64,000 nt of DNA from a virus, in the IMG/VR virus record IMGVR_UViG_3300010413_000017, positions 9,861 through 73,860 of that record. One strand, 5' to 3'. Under the pieces are notes generated by a model, which searched no databases, was not told the origin of the DNA, and saw only the letters and a list, made by a program, of their open reading frames with translations. The position numbers and the translations under genes were made by a program. The stretch's first letter is position 1. The number at the start of each line of letters is the position of its first letter. This document shows, piece by piece, positions 29,502 to 38,700 of the stretch.

Positions 29502-29673
29502 CCATCACCTGTTCGTTTAAGTTGTCTGTGTAAGTAAACAGGGCAGAATAGGCTGACTGCTTTGTTAAGTACGGACCTAACACTCTTCCGTGTTGGCCAG
29601 TAAACCACCACTTGTTGTCGTGGAAATAGACTTCCGCCATTTCCCAAGTCCACTTTTCTTTTTTTTGGTACAT
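29491..29673 (-). CDS. Hypothetical protein
   Basis: W-rich small ORF (WWF...GPY.TK..A). Confidence 0.5.
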   Translation of the reverse strand: MYQKKEKWTWEMAEVYFHDNKWWFTGQHGRVLGPYLTKQSAYSALFTYTDNLNEQVMDED

Positions 29674-29676
29674 TTT

Positions 29677-29943
29677 TTAGTGTCTTGTGAATGTATCGAA
29701 CGCCGACGCTTCTGCTCTAGCTTTTTCAAGGAAAGCTTGTATTTCCTCTTCACCGAACAGCTGTTCTAGCACTACAGAGCAACCTAGAATTGCAGTCATA
29801 TACGCTGTCACGACAAGCTCGAGTCCGGGTGATCGTTCTCCTGAAAACCAGTGTGAGATAGGAGTTAGGAGTTCCTTCGCAATTTCCTGTGACATAGCGT
29901 GAGCGGCTTCAATTAATTCGGATTTTGTAAGTGTGTCTGTCAT
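29677..29943 (-). CDS. Hypothetical protein
   Basis: AGGAG RBS; ATGA-coupled. Confidence 0.5.
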   Translation of the reverse strand: MTDTLTKSELIEAAHAMSQEIAKELLTPISHWFSGERSPGLELVVTAYMTAILGCSVVLEQLFGEEEIQAFLEKARAEASAFDTFTRH

Positions 29944-30113
29944 TCATTTTCTCCTGTGTCTTTGATAAAACACAAATCTCGCTCATTTGTATGCGAGTCC
30001 ATTCCTACCGAGTAAAGCGTCCAGTCGTTTTGAATCAGAAGATTTTTTAGACGTAGTTCTAAGTCCGACTCGATTGGACCGTCATAGAGCACTACCAGTC
30101 TGCGTTCTGTCAT
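29940..30113 (-). CDS. Hypothetical protein (57 aa, not in ORF track)
   Basis: ATGA-coupled at both ends; MTERRLVVLYDGPIESD... Confidence 0.5.
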   Translation of the reverse strand: MTERRLVVLYDGPIESDLELRLKNLLIQNDWTLYSVGMDSHTNERDLCFIKDTGENE

Positions 30114-31084
30114 GTCACAACCACCCTACTCCCAAAGAATTCAAGTTTAAGTGGGATTTGTATGTAATCGTGCAGAGCTGAGACAAGTGACTGTCTCTTT
30201 TCGGGAGGGACGCAGAATAGGAAGAAACCACCGCCGCCAGCTCCTAGAAGTTTCCCGCCTACTGCCCCTGCTTTGAGTCCCTGTTCATAAAGGGCGTCAA
30301 TTTCGTCTGTCGTTGTCGCGGGGCTGAGTTTCTTCTTGTGTTGCCAACTTAGGTCTAGCAACTCACCAATCATCACCGGGTTATCTGCGTGGAGAGCTTT
30401 AACTCCAGCATCGACGTATTCTGTTAAGATACTCATATCTACCTTTGGGTCATACGAGCTAGCTACGTCGCTGGCTATCTTCGGGCGAAGTCCTGCAAAA
30501 ATAAGAAGCAGATGGTTCTCCAAATTGCGTATCTTTTGAAGTGGAGCCAGCACAGGCTCGACTTCGAACTCGAAGCCATCGTCACCGCTCTGAAAAAAGG
30601 AGATTTTGTTAAGTCCTCCAAACGCAACAGCAACTTGGTCTTGGTTCCCTACCTTTTCTCCCAACACATTACGTTCGATGTGAATAGCTTCAGAGGCCAG
30701 TAACTTTGGATGAGGTTGGTATCCGCCTGTCAGATTGTACATAGCGTTCACCATTCCAACTGTGAAGGCAGAACTGCTACCTAGCCCACCTCCGGCAGGC
30801 AAGTCTCCGTGGTGGAAAACCTCTACTCCGTTTACTTGGTAGTACTGTAGTACACCCCTGACTACTGGGTGCTGAATCTCCTCGGGTGTATTTGTTGTTT
30901 CCATGCGCGAGTATACGACTTTGTTCTTGTAGGGGAACATCTGTGGCAACCAACGCAACAGAATATAACAGTACTTGTCAATGGTAAAGCTTAACACTCT
31001 ACCCCCGTGTTGCTTGTACCAGTCAGGATAGTCAGTTCCTCCACCCAACAACGAAACCCTATACGGTGTCTTGGAAAGTATCAT
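30110..31084 (-). CDS. hddA: GHMP sugar kinase, HddA (heptose-7-phosphate kinase)-like
   Basis: TPYRVSLLGGGTDYP, DLPAGGGLGSS, G.QDQ, GGKLLGAGGGGF. Confidence 0.88.
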   Translation of the reverse strand: MILSKTPYRVSLLGGGTDYPDWYKQHGGRVLSFTIDKYCYILLRWLPQMFPYKNKVVYSRMETTNTPEEIQHPVVRGVLQYYQVNGVEVFHHGDLPAGGGLGSSSAFTVGMVNAMYNLTGGYQPHPKLLASEAIHIERNVLGEKVGNQDQVAVAFGGLNKISFFQSGDDGFEFEVEPVLAPLQKIRNLENHLLLIFAGLRPKIASDVASSYDPKVDMSILTEYVDAGVKALHADNPVMIGELLDLSWQHKKKLSPATTTDEIDALYEQGLKAGAVGGKLLGAGGGGFFLFCVPPEKRQSLVSALHDYIQIPLKLEFFGSRVVVT

Positions 31085-31709
31085 ACGCCTGTTGTAGTCC
31101 CTCCGGGGTACCAATGTCAATAAAGTGCGGGCCTTCGTACAGAGCAATATCTGCCGGAATAAGTTCCTCCCTGTCCGTGCCCCCTAAGTTAACTATGTCA
31201 TGGAAGACGTCAGAATACATCAGCCAGATGCCCGCGTTCACTCCTTTATGACTGACAATTGTCCATTCCTGACTAGCTTCTCTGTGCCAGTTTTCCAACA
31301 CATCCAAATCAATCGGACAGAAGGTATCTCCGTTTATCACCAAAAGCAAGTCTTCGGAGAGGTAGGGTAATGCTTCACGTATCCCAGAAACTGTGCCGCT
31401 ACGCTCACCTTCTGTAAAAACCACGGGCGTTCCTCGACGGAATAGTGTTGGGGAAGGTCGGTCTAAGTTGTTAACTGTCCAAGTATACCTGTCTGGAAAA
31501 TAAGATACAAGAGCGTTCCTGACTCGCTTTGTTTTGTCGCTACAGCAAAAAACGAAACCCCTAACATCAAAGCTACTTAAGTGATCTACCATATACAGAA
31601 CAAAAGGCTTTCCGTGAACAGGATAAACACACTTTGGAATGTCGGCCGTAATATGCTTGAGACGAGTTCCTTCTCCTCCGCAAAGGATAATCACTTGGAC
31701 GCTAGACAT
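31059..31709 (-). CDS. Sugar-phosphate nucleotidyltransferase, HddC-like
   Basis: ILCGGEGTRL...IPK, G.PF, INGDT, NAG, FIDIGTPE. Confidence 0.88.
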   Translation of the reverse strand: MSSVQVIILCGGEGTRLKHITADIPKCVYPVHGKPFVLYMVDHLSSFDVRGFVFCCSDKTKRVRNALVSYFPDRYTWTVNNLDRPSPTLFRRGTPVVFTEGERSGTVSGIREALPYLSEDLLLVINGDTFCPIDLDVLENWHREASQEWTIVSHKGVNAGIWLMYSDVFHDIVNLGGTDREELIPADIALYEGPHFIDIGTPEGLQQAYDTFQDTV

Positions 31710-32628
31710 TACGCCAAACCTCTGTTTGGGGCATCATGCTGTACGCCACCATCAGTTCCTGAATTCCATCCTCCAAACAGTATATAGCTGTGAAACCGGC
31801 TTTTTGAAGCTTCTTGTTCGATACAACATAATTACGTTTATCTGGGTCGATTGTTCGCGCCGAGGTAAATATTTCACATTTTGTGTAGAATTTAACAATT
31901 TCGGCCAGTTCGAGCTTGGAAAGGTTAGCTGCTTCTAGCCCCACATTATATGCCTGACCAATCATACGCTCCCAGTTCTTGAGACAAAAGAGCAAGCAAC
32001 CGACTACATCCTTAATATGAACATAGTTTCTTTTGTAATGCGGCTCGTATAAAACAACGCTCCTTAAACGCATGGCGTCGTAAACAAGTCCATTAACAAG
32101 TAAGTCCCACCGCATTCTTGCAGAGGGACCGAAGACTGTTGCTAAGCGCAAAGATATTGTTTTTGGATGGTATTGTAACAGAAAGCGTTCCGCCTCTACT
32201 TTATGAAGGCCATACTCCGAGATGGGTTCGAGGGGAGTTTCCTCTGTACAATGCTTCACACCTGATTTTGCACCATAACCACTATTTGTATTTGGATAAA
32301 CAATTAACGTGTCTTTTAGTCCAACAAGATGTTCTACAGCATCCTTGTTAATAGCTTCACTTAAGTCTGGATCCTTTCGACAAGCAGGGGCTCCAACAAT
32401 ACCTGCTAGGGGAATAATTATATCGGCTGATTGATAGAGTGGCTCTACTTGTCTATCCCTAACATCTAGCTTATAGAAAGAAAAGGACGGGTTGTCTACA
32501 TGCCCAAGTAGACTTGTTTGATTGTAGAGTAGAGAATCAACAGCAATTACTGTATAATTCTCCTGAAGGAGTTTCGGAACAAGGACAGACCCAATGTAAC
32601 CAGCGGCTCCAGTAACTAATACCCTCAT
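31702..32628 (-). CDS. NAD-dependent epimerase/dehydratase (extended SDR)
   Basis: VTGAAGYIGS, YGLHK (YxxxK), LRLATVFG.S.RMR.DLLVN. Confidence 0.92.
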   Translation of the reverse strand: MRVLVTGAAGYIGSVLVPKLLQENYTVIAVDSLLYNQTSLLGHVDNPSFSFYKLDVRDRQVEPLYQSADIIIPLAGIVGAPACRKDPDLSEAINKDAVEHLVGLKDTLIVYPNTNSGYGAKSGVKHCTEETPLEPISEYGLHKVEAERFLLQYHPKTISLRLATVFGPSARMRWDLLVNGLVYDAMRLRSVVLYEPHYKRNYVHIKDVVGCLLFCLKNWERMIGQAYNVGLEAANLSKLELAEIVKFYTKCEIFTSARTIDPDKRNYVVSNKKLQKAGFTAIYCLEDGIQELMVAYSMMPQTEVWRNV

Positions 32629-33221
32629 GCGATAGATGAGACTCCGTTATGTTGATGTACTTTGAACACTTTGTCTGCTCCCTCTGTAAGCTCACGAGAG
32701 TGGGAAATCATAATTATTTGTATATTGAGTTTATATGCTAACTGTTTTAACATTGCAAGTGATTTCTGATGTAAATCCCCAGATAAATGCTTAAAAGGCT
32801 CATCCAACACCAGAACAGGTCTGTTTTTGTTAAGGGACCACAAACTCAATCTGAGTCCAAATGATGCTACATCAATTGGACCGCCCCCCGTGGCGTCTGT
32901 AGGTCTGATTAAGTATCCGTTTTTCTCAAACCATAGGTCGCACTCTGTTTTACCGCGCCGAAGGACAAATTCAGTTTTAAACTTATAAGGATTATCGAAG
33001 ACCGTTTCCAAGGCAAGTGAGACTATATCAGAGATAAAAAACTCAAGTTGCTGTTGGGTTTGCTGAGCTATAAGACGCAGAATCTCTTTTGCTTGCTCAA
33101 TGTCCTCCTGCTGAAGTTTTAGGTTTTTTAGTTCTGCGTTGAGTTCGCGACGTTCTTGGATGAGCCTGTTGAACTTGCCGCGTTCTTGTTCAACCTCTTG
33201 CCTGAGCTGATTGAGCATCAC
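32625..33221 (-). CDS. SbcC/Rad50-like ATPase, C-terminal half
   Basis: Coiled coil, TGGG signature, LVLDEPF Walker B, ISH H-loop; no Walker A. Confidence 0.85.
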   Translation of the reverse strand: MMLNQLRQEVEQERGKFNRLIQERRELNAELKNLKLQQEDIEQAKEILRLIAQQTQQQLEFFISDIVSLALETVFDNPYKFKTEFVLRRGKTECDLWFEKNGYLIRPTDATGGGPIDVASFGLRLSLWSLNKNRPVLVLDEPFKHLSGDLHQKSLAMLKQLAYKLNIQIIMISHSRELTEGADKVFKVHQHNGVSSIA

Positions 33222-33400
33222 TCTCCGGTTCCACCTTCGTCTCTGTTTGCCCTAGATTCATCAGAAGGACGTTTAAACATGGTACACCATTTTTCCACTT
33301 GGCGCTCAGAAACGACCAAGTAAACATCTTTCTCTACCTCTAGGGCCACCTCTGGGCCAGAGAACATCGTGGTAGCGAGAAATTTAAAATAATCAGCCAT
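33218..33400 (-). CDS. Hypothetical protein
   Basis: Coupled small ORF. Confidence 0.45.
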   Translation of the reverse strand: MADYFKFLATTMFSGPEVALEVEKDVYLVVSERQVEKWCTMFKRPSDESRANRDEGGTGE

Positions 33401-33540
33401 TAGTCAAACTCACCAGCACGGTACCAGCTCGGATAAACAATAGCAACAACTACCGCTCCCCAAAACAAATACATAGGGGCTTTAGGAAACATAAGGCTTA
33501 GCAGAGCAGATACTATTACTCCAAGTAGAAAGTTTTTCAT
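33400..33540 (-). CDS. Small two-TM membrane protein (46 aa, not in ORF track)
   Basis: MKNFLLGVIVSALLSLMFPKAPMYLFWGAVVVAIVYPSW; ATGA-coupled to thyA. Confidence 0.45.
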   Translation of the reverse strand: MKNFLLGVIVSALLSLMFPKAPMYLFWGAVVVAIVYPSWYRAGEFD

Positions 33541-34367
33541 GTTCCCCTCCGCATTTGTGCTAGTTCCCAGACATACTTGTAGAGATGTAACCCTTTACTG
33601 CTCGCGACAATCTCACCATCCTCAACACCGACCTCGCTCGCCATGTACTCTTTTAGGACTTGAATTGCCGCTAAATTAGCCGGGAAGCCGCCCCACAAAT
33701 CCCATGACCGGAAGTATGGAAAAAAGTGAAGCTTACCATCCTGAATGCGAGTATCAATATGCCGAAGGCAGGGTGGGTCTGTTAGAAGGATATCTTGGGG
33801 TTGTGCTATCTGGAGCACCATCTGGTTGTTACGATAACCGTGCTTTTTATAGGTTGTTATCACATGTTGAATCTGATCTACACTGTCAAGAGGGAGAATT
33901 CCTTTTTGTAGGTTGCTGTATTCTTCCACGTTTGAGCAGAGTTCAGTAGTTCCGCATAAGCATGGCCCATCACTGACACCTTTTGAGGAAAGCCGTTTGA
34001 CGGCCTTATCGGATATGTACCTATGTCCACACAGTCTACTCCCGTAGGTGTAATCCTCGCCTTCTTCTTTGTGGCAAGACATGAGGTATTCGATGTACGG
34101 TCTACCCTTGTAGTCAGGATGGTCACCCAACACATAGCCGGGGTCAACTGGGTTGGGTATGCCGTAATGGGAAGGTATCTGAGGTTCAAGTGGACGAGTG
34201 TTAGGGTGGGTGATGTGCACAGTGATGTAATCGAACTCTAGGCGGTAATCTCCTGCATAACTCCCACGGTCAATCTTAAATTTCCGACCGTGGTCTAGAG
34301 CGGCGAACACACACTGGTGCCACGCATCGTTTAGGTCTGTGGCTTTTATGAAGACTGGGTTAAGCAT
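33537..34367 (-). CDS. thyA: Thymidylate synthase family protein
   Basis: YTYG.RL, DPPCL (catalytic Cys), FRSWD...GFPAN (Asn indicates dUMP specificity), HLY. Confidence 0.85.
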   Translation of the reverse strand: MLNPVFIKATDLNDAWHQCVFAALDHGRKFKIDRGSYAGDYRLEFDYITVHITHPNTRPLEPQIPSHYGIPNPVDPGYVLGDHPDYKGRPYIEYLMSCHKEEGEDYTYGSRLCGHRYISDKAVKRLSSKGVSDGPCLCGTTELCSNVEEYSNLQKGILPLDSVDQIQHVITTYKKHGYRNNQMVLQIAQPQDILLTDPPCLRHIDTRIQDGKLHFFPYFRSWDLWGGFPANLAAIQVLKEYMASEVGVEDGEIVASSKGLHLYKYVWELAQMRRGT

Positions 34368-34564
34368 TACTCCTCCACAGGAAAGAATTCAGCGCACGCT
34401 GGAGTGTGAGAAAGCACTCGGCGGTAGAAGACTCTAAAGGGTTCAGACGCAGTCGTTGGAGGGAATCTTCTGCAATCCCCAAAGTAAGAACCGTCTGCGG
34501 CAACAAAGTAGTCACACACAACACATGTCTTGTCTTTCCAACTTAACCTACTGATTGATAGCAC
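34367..34564 (-). CDS. Small Cys-rich hypothetical protein
   Basis: C..C..F...G.CRR.PP....C.EF pattern common in phage proteins. Confidence 0.55.
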   Translation of the reverse strand: MLSISRLSWKDKTCVVCDYFVAADGSYFGDCRRFPPTTASEPFRVFYRRVLSHTPACAEFFPVEE

Positions 34565-34574
34565 TGTCTCCTCC

Positions 34575-35267
34575 TTACAGTGAGACTCCTAGCGCATCCG
34601 CAGTTTGTGGTCCAACTTCACCATCCACAACAAGGCCGTTAACCTCTTGGAACCTGACAACAGCGTTGTGTGTCATCGGCCCAAAGACAGCGTCAATCTG
34701 ACCTTCGTAGAACCCATCATCTCTGAGTTCCCTTTGAATGGCGGCAACAACGTCGCCTCTCATGTACGGAGTTGTCAGTCTGTAGATTTGAGTTTGCGGG
34801 GGTGTGATGTCGGGTATGTCTCCCTGAGTAGCATCATAGTTAATCCAAGGGATGAGGATTCCTGTTGTCCATCTTCGTCCAGCAATCACGTGTTGGATTA
34901 CTCCGCGTTTGGAAGAGTAGGCTTCAATCGTCCCTCCCTTTCCATCAGAGATTGCTATGTGGCCGACTTTCGTACCTAGACGTAAAACAAATGCGCCTGG
35001 TGTTTTGGCGGCAAGTGCTATAGAGATTTTCGTTCCGAGGTTATCAGCATCTTCCCCCCACTTGCCTGTGAATGAATCTGCTGTTTCTGGCATTGTTCCA
35101 AAACACCCGTAGAGCCGTTGTGAGACTTGATAAACAGCCCACGAGCAGAATTCAGCACAGTCCCACGGACCGTGCCAGTTTGGGTCGTTCTTAGGCGCAA
35201 CTGCCCCAAATACGTAGGCTTCGCCAATATGTGGCTCTGCCACTTCGATGATTTTGTTACTTGTCAT
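34575..35267 (-). CDS. Endolysin: NlpC/P60-type catalytic domain plus peptidoglycan-binding domain
   Basis: G..Y..G...WDCAEF.SW, GHIAIS; C-terminal G.DV..IQ..L...G.ID..FGP.T..AV..FQ...GL.VDG.VGP.T. Confidence 0.88.
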   Translation of the reverse strand: MTSNKIIEVAEPHIGEAYVFGAVAPKNDPNWHGPWDCAEFCSWAVYQVSQRLYGCFGTMPETADSFTGKWGEDADNLGTKISIALAAKTPGAFVLRLGTKVGHIAISDGKGGTIEAYSSKRGVIQHVIAGRRWTTGILIPWINYDATQGDIPDITPPQTQIYRLTTPYMRGDVVAAIQRELRDDGFYEGQIDAVFGPMTHNAVVRFQEVNGLVVDGEVGPQTADALGVSL

Positions 35268-35625
35268 TGGTAGCGTCTCCTTGCTCGTATTTGACTAGCC
35301 AAGTCGGTTTTCTCGACTTGATCATTATATTTAACATGCTTTTGGTTCCTTTGCTTTGTCCATCCCAGATGATTATAGCCGCGTCTGCGTATTGTTCCAT
35401 CTCCTTGTTGCGGATAGGGCCAGCTCTTTTTCCGTATTTCTCCCAGTCCGCAGGGAATTCTTTCACTGGAATCCCGTTCTCTTTGGCCCATTTATACCCC
35501 AACATATCAACCCCCCGAGCCATTCCACAGACAACTTCTGTAATCTCGGAAGGGTATTTTTTAATTATAGAATGGAAAATCCGTTCCGATGTAAACGACC
35601 TCGGACCAGCAATTATTGTTTTCAT
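35257..35625 (-). CDS. SLOG / DUF2493 (YspA-like) protein
   Basis: IIAG.R.F, V.G.ARGVD.LG..WA, PADW..YGKRAGPIRN..M, WDG.S.GT..M. Confidence 0.85.
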   Translation of the reverse strand: MKTIIAGPRSFTSERIFHSIIKKYPSEITEVVCGMARGVDMLGYKWAKENGIPVKEFPADWEKYGKRAGPIRNKEMEQYADAAIIIWDGQSKGTKSMLNIMIKSRKPTWLVKYEQGDATNDK

Positions 35626-35960
35626 TCCTGTCCTCGCACTGTTGTTACAGCAGCGGCATGTTCTCCAAAGTCCCTAAATCCAGCACATTGGTAGTATGAG
35701 GTGTTGCATTTATCGCACAATATGGTTATTGAGTCGTAACTTTCATAGCTGGACAGACAGTCAACTTCATTACAAGCAGGGCATTTAAGGCTTCCAAGAA
35801 CGAAACCTAGGAGCTTACACCGGAAAGACGTCACGCTCCATTTGTCCTGCATTGGAAACGACTTAATATTCCATGTTTTCTTACGACAAATTTCTTGCAT
35901 CATGTGAAATATAGAAGGATACAGAAACAACCGCCAAAGTAGTCCTTTCTTCTTGTTCAC
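35622..35960 (-). CDS. Zinc-ribbon hypothetical protein
   Basis: CPAC...CDKC. Confidence 0.45.
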   Translation of the reverse strand: MNKKKGLLWRLFLYPSIFHMMQEICRKKTWNIKSFPMQDKWSVTSFRCKLLGFVLGSLKCPACNEVDCLSSYESYDSITILCDKCNTSYYQCAGFRDFGEHAAAVTTVRGQE

Positions 35961-35969
35961 CGCTTTTCC

Positions 35970-36203
35970 TCACTGCCAAGTATAGACTAGCCAAGCCGCA
36001 CCGAAACACAGCCCAATCAGGACAGCTCCAGTGATTGCTCCAACCAACGCTTTTTTCCACAGCGGCCAGTCCTCCCCTGAGATGAAGACTATAGCGCCGA
36101 CGACCCAAAGTATATTAGCTACATACAGCATACCTGCTTGAATGTGTTTTTTAACTTTTTCTTTGTTTATCCATTCAGGTTTCTGGATTAGGTTCATCAT
36201 CAA
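35970..36203 (-). CDS. Two-TM membrane protein
   Basis: Two hydrophobic segments. Confidence 0.55.
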   Translation of the reverse strand: MMMNLIQKPEWINKEKVKKHIQAGMLYVANILWVVGAIVFISGEDWPLWKKALVGAITGAVLIGLCFGAAWLVYTWQ

Positions 36204-36281
36204 TCCTTCTTTGGCAGTTCTCTAAACATTGCTGGCACGTTACCCGTGTCAAATCCGTAGTCATACGCAGGGGTCTATGGA

Positions 36282-36318
36282 ACAAACTACGTTTGTCACA
36301 CCAAGTGACAAAGTCGTC
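36282..36318. terminator. Stem-loop TTTGTCAC-accaa-GTGACAAA downstream of the SbcD/coiled-coil genes
   Basis: 8-bp perfect inverted repeat in an intergenic gap; no clear U-tract. Confidence 0.3.
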
Positions 36319-36319
36319 T

Positions 36320-36580
36320 TTAATATAATGAACGAGTGCCGCCAAGTTCCTTTCTCACTTCTTCGATGGCTTTTTCAATTTGGGTTTTAAGTTCTTCAAC
36401 TTCTTGGCTGAGTTCTTTTGCGTATTCTTCCGCTTCCTCTTTGCTATCGCAATCATAGTTAGCGAGTTGTCTGTAGAGCTCATCTAAGCGTCCTTTTGCT
36501 TCTGCTTGAGCAAGCTTTTTTTGTTCAAGCTGTTCTTTTAGGTTGAGTAGTTTTGTGGCTAAGACTTTCGAGTGTGTCAC
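36320..36580 (-). CDS. Coiled-coil protein, candidate middle piece of split Rad50
   Basis: Pure heptad sequence directly downstream of the Mre11-like gene. Confidence 0.55.
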   Translation of the reverse strand: MTHSKVLATKLLNLKEQLEQKKLAQAEAKGRLDELYRQLANYDCDSKEEAEEYAKELSQEVEELKTQIEKAIEEVRKELGGTRSLY

Positions 36581-37460
36581 CCAAGCATCTCCTTACAAGT
36601 GTTTGAACTGAATCTGAGACAGAGTTATGTGCAAGAAAGATTTCTAAGTTGCGCTCAAAACTTACACCTACTTCGTAACCTGTTTGTAGGTGTTCTATAA
36701 AACTGGCTATCCGAGCCTCACGTTCGGCTTTGCTAACAGACTGTGTCATGTCGAAGACATCATCGTCGATGGGTAAGTAGATAAATTTGTTCTGTTCCAC
36801 ATCATAAACACAGGGCTTGTGGTCTACTTGGTCAATAGACATTCTCATCATGCTCCCTGGATTGATGTGGCGGCGTTTACGCGTTGTTTCGATAAAGGTT
36901 TGATGATTGTCCCCTGTTATAACTAAATCATACTGTCTGAGGCGTCTCAGCACCTGTCCGGCAATTGTAGCCTTTTGGCCAGGCCAAAGTTCTTCCCCTT
37001 TACGAATAACCAAGTGGTGCCAGATTAGCACCTTAGTAAAGTTTGAAATATCACCTTCAATCTCAGAGGAAGGGTTTTTACCAAATGGACAACCAAACAA
37101 GGCGTACTGTTCATAGAAGTAGGGCTCGCTAGGATGAATTAAAATGTTTACGAGTCCAGCTGCCTGTAGAATACCTAGGCCGCTATCGTCCAACCTGTTC
37201 AGTGAGTGGTAGGGCATATCGTGCTGGCCCGGTATGACAATAGGAACAACATCGTAGTGAATGAGCGCGTCGATAACCCACCGAATAAGAGGAATGGGTG
37301 GTCTAGCCTTGTGGAAGAAGTCTCCTGCTACAACAAGAGGCGAGTTCTGTCTAGCTAATTCTAGGAGAGTAAAAAACTTCTTTTCTTGGGCTTGCCAGTA
37401 ATCATCCTTTCGAGCTGTGGGTTTATCGTGTCGAAGGTGGATATCAGCAACGGCAATCAC
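36525..37460 (-). CDS. SbcD/Mre11-like metallophosphoesterase nuclease
   Basis: ADIH, AGDFFH, PGQHD, HH, GDNH, NPGS motifs. Confidence 0.9.
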   Translation of the reverse strand: MIAVADIHLRHDKPTARKDDYWQAQEKKFFTLLELARQNSPLVVAGDFFHKARPPIPLIRWVIDALIHYDVVPIVIPGQHDMPYHSLNRLDDSGLGILQAAGLVNILIHPSEPYFYEQYALFGCPFGKNPSSEIEGDISNFTKVLIWHHLVIRKGEELWPGQKATIAGQVLRRLRQYDLVITGDNHQTFIETTRKRRHINPGSMMRMSIDQVDHKPCVYDVEQNKFIYLPIDDDVFDMTQSVSKAEREARIASFIEHLQTGYEVGVSFERNLEIFLAHNSVSDSVQTLVRRCLGDTLESLSHKTTQPKRTA

Positions 37461-38401
37461 AGTTTCACCGCCTTCTGTTTATTCGCTCCACCACTAGCAA
37501 ACAGGGTTGGGTTTATTGTATGCCCACACAAAGGACATAGATTTGGGCACAACGACTTTAATCTGTTTTGGTATGTAACAAATTCCCCTTTTAGTCTCTC
37601 GAGTTCGGCATCTTGTTTTTGCATGTGTTGGAGTAGTGAAACAAGGCGTTGATATTGTGCCTCTTTGTGTTGCAGTTGTTCAAGTTTAAGTTCTATGTCG
37701 GAGAGGCTAATGTCAGGCACACATATATTATCCAGTTTATCCGTACAGATTTCAATCTCTTTTATGAGTTTAACTATTTCGCTAGCAGTTTTTTGGCTGT
37801 TGGTTTGTTTTGTATGAGCGTTAGATATAACTGTCAACTGCGTATCAATCCACCCAAAGTCTGGCGACTTGGCAATCTCCTCATTGCGTTGTTCAATTTC
37901 TTTTTGGACGTGAGTTAACTTAGTTTTTGTGTCAGTTTCAAGCTTCTGTATCTGGGAAAGAGATTCATCTATCTTATCTAGGCTGACTACCCTGTTCAAT
38001 GTTCTTGCAACAAAACCCGGACTTTCATCAAGTAGAAACGGACTGTCTAGTTGATATTGAATGTTGCGCTCGTCTATCTGAGTAAGTTCAACTATTTCAG
38101 ACGGAACTTCCTGTCCAAACCCAACAAGCTCCTGCTCGTTGATAACATAACAGTTTCGTGCCTCGTTTCTAACCCTTGCTAATGTTATGTTATCTAGCAC
38201 AACTTGAACAGAAGCAGTCTTAGCCCAGTGAGAAATGAACTCAGCCCCAGCAGGTCTGTTGTGGAATACCCAACGGAGGGCACGTACAACAGAACTCTTG
38301 CCTACATCGCTCGAACCCACAATCACATTGACTCCTGGACAGAAGGTCAGCGTAGAGGCTTTGTGAGACTGAAAATTATTCAGCGTCAGGGAGTGAATCA
38401 T
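37457..38401 (-). CDS. SbcC/Rad50-like ATPase, N-terminal half ending at the zinc hook
   Basis: L.NFQSH, GSSDVGKS Walker A, Q-loop (QLDSPFLL), coiled coil, CPLCG. Confidence 0.9.
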   Translation of the reverse strand: MIHSLTLNNFQSHKASTLTFCPGVNVIVGSSDVGKSSVVRALRWVFHNRPAGAEFISHWAKTASVQVVLDNITLARVRNEARNCYVINEQELVGFGQEVPSEIVELTQIDERNIQYQLDSPFLLDESPGFVARTLNRVVSLDKIDESLSQIQKLETDTKTKLTHVQKEIEQRNEEIAKSPDFGWIDTQLTVISNAHTKQTNSQKTASEIVKLIKEIEICTDKLDNICVPDISLSDIELKLEQLQHKEAQYQRLVSLLQHMQKQDAELERLKGEFVTYQNRLKSLCPNLCPLCGHTINPTLFASGGANKQKAVKL

Positions 38402-38558
38402 CTATTTTTCCTGCTGTAAACAGATTTAGAATAGCGTTTTCTTTCCCACAATGTTCGCATCTGAACGTTGTGAAGTCTGACGACGGAGCGTAATAGACTT
38501 CTGAGTTCATATAGCCACAGTAAGCGCACTCTAGGTACAGAAACCATCGGTCACCCAT
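38376..38558 (-). CDS. Small zinc-ribbon protein
   Basis: AAGGAG RBS; CAYCG...CEHCG. Confidence 0.55.
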   Translation of the reverse strand: MGDRWFLYLECAYCGYMNSEVYYAPSSDFTTFRCEHCGKENAILNLFTAGKIDDSLPDAE

Positions 38559-38621
38559 TTTGTTCTCCTTTTCGTGTACAAAGTTGTCCGCCACGCCGAA
38601 TCCGGTCAATCATATAAGGGG

Positions 38622-38692
38622 CAGGGGAATCTGGACTCGAACCAGAAATGTGAGGTCCAAAACCTCACGTGTTACCTTTACACCATTCCCCT
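38622..38692 (-). tRNA. tRNA-Gln (anticodon TTG)
   Basis: Acceptor AGGGGAA/TTCCCCT, anticodon arm TGAGG-TTTTGGA-CCTCA, T-arm TCTGG-TTCGAGT-CCAGA; CCA not encoded. Confidence 0.9.
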
Positions 38693-38700
38693 CTTTTAGT

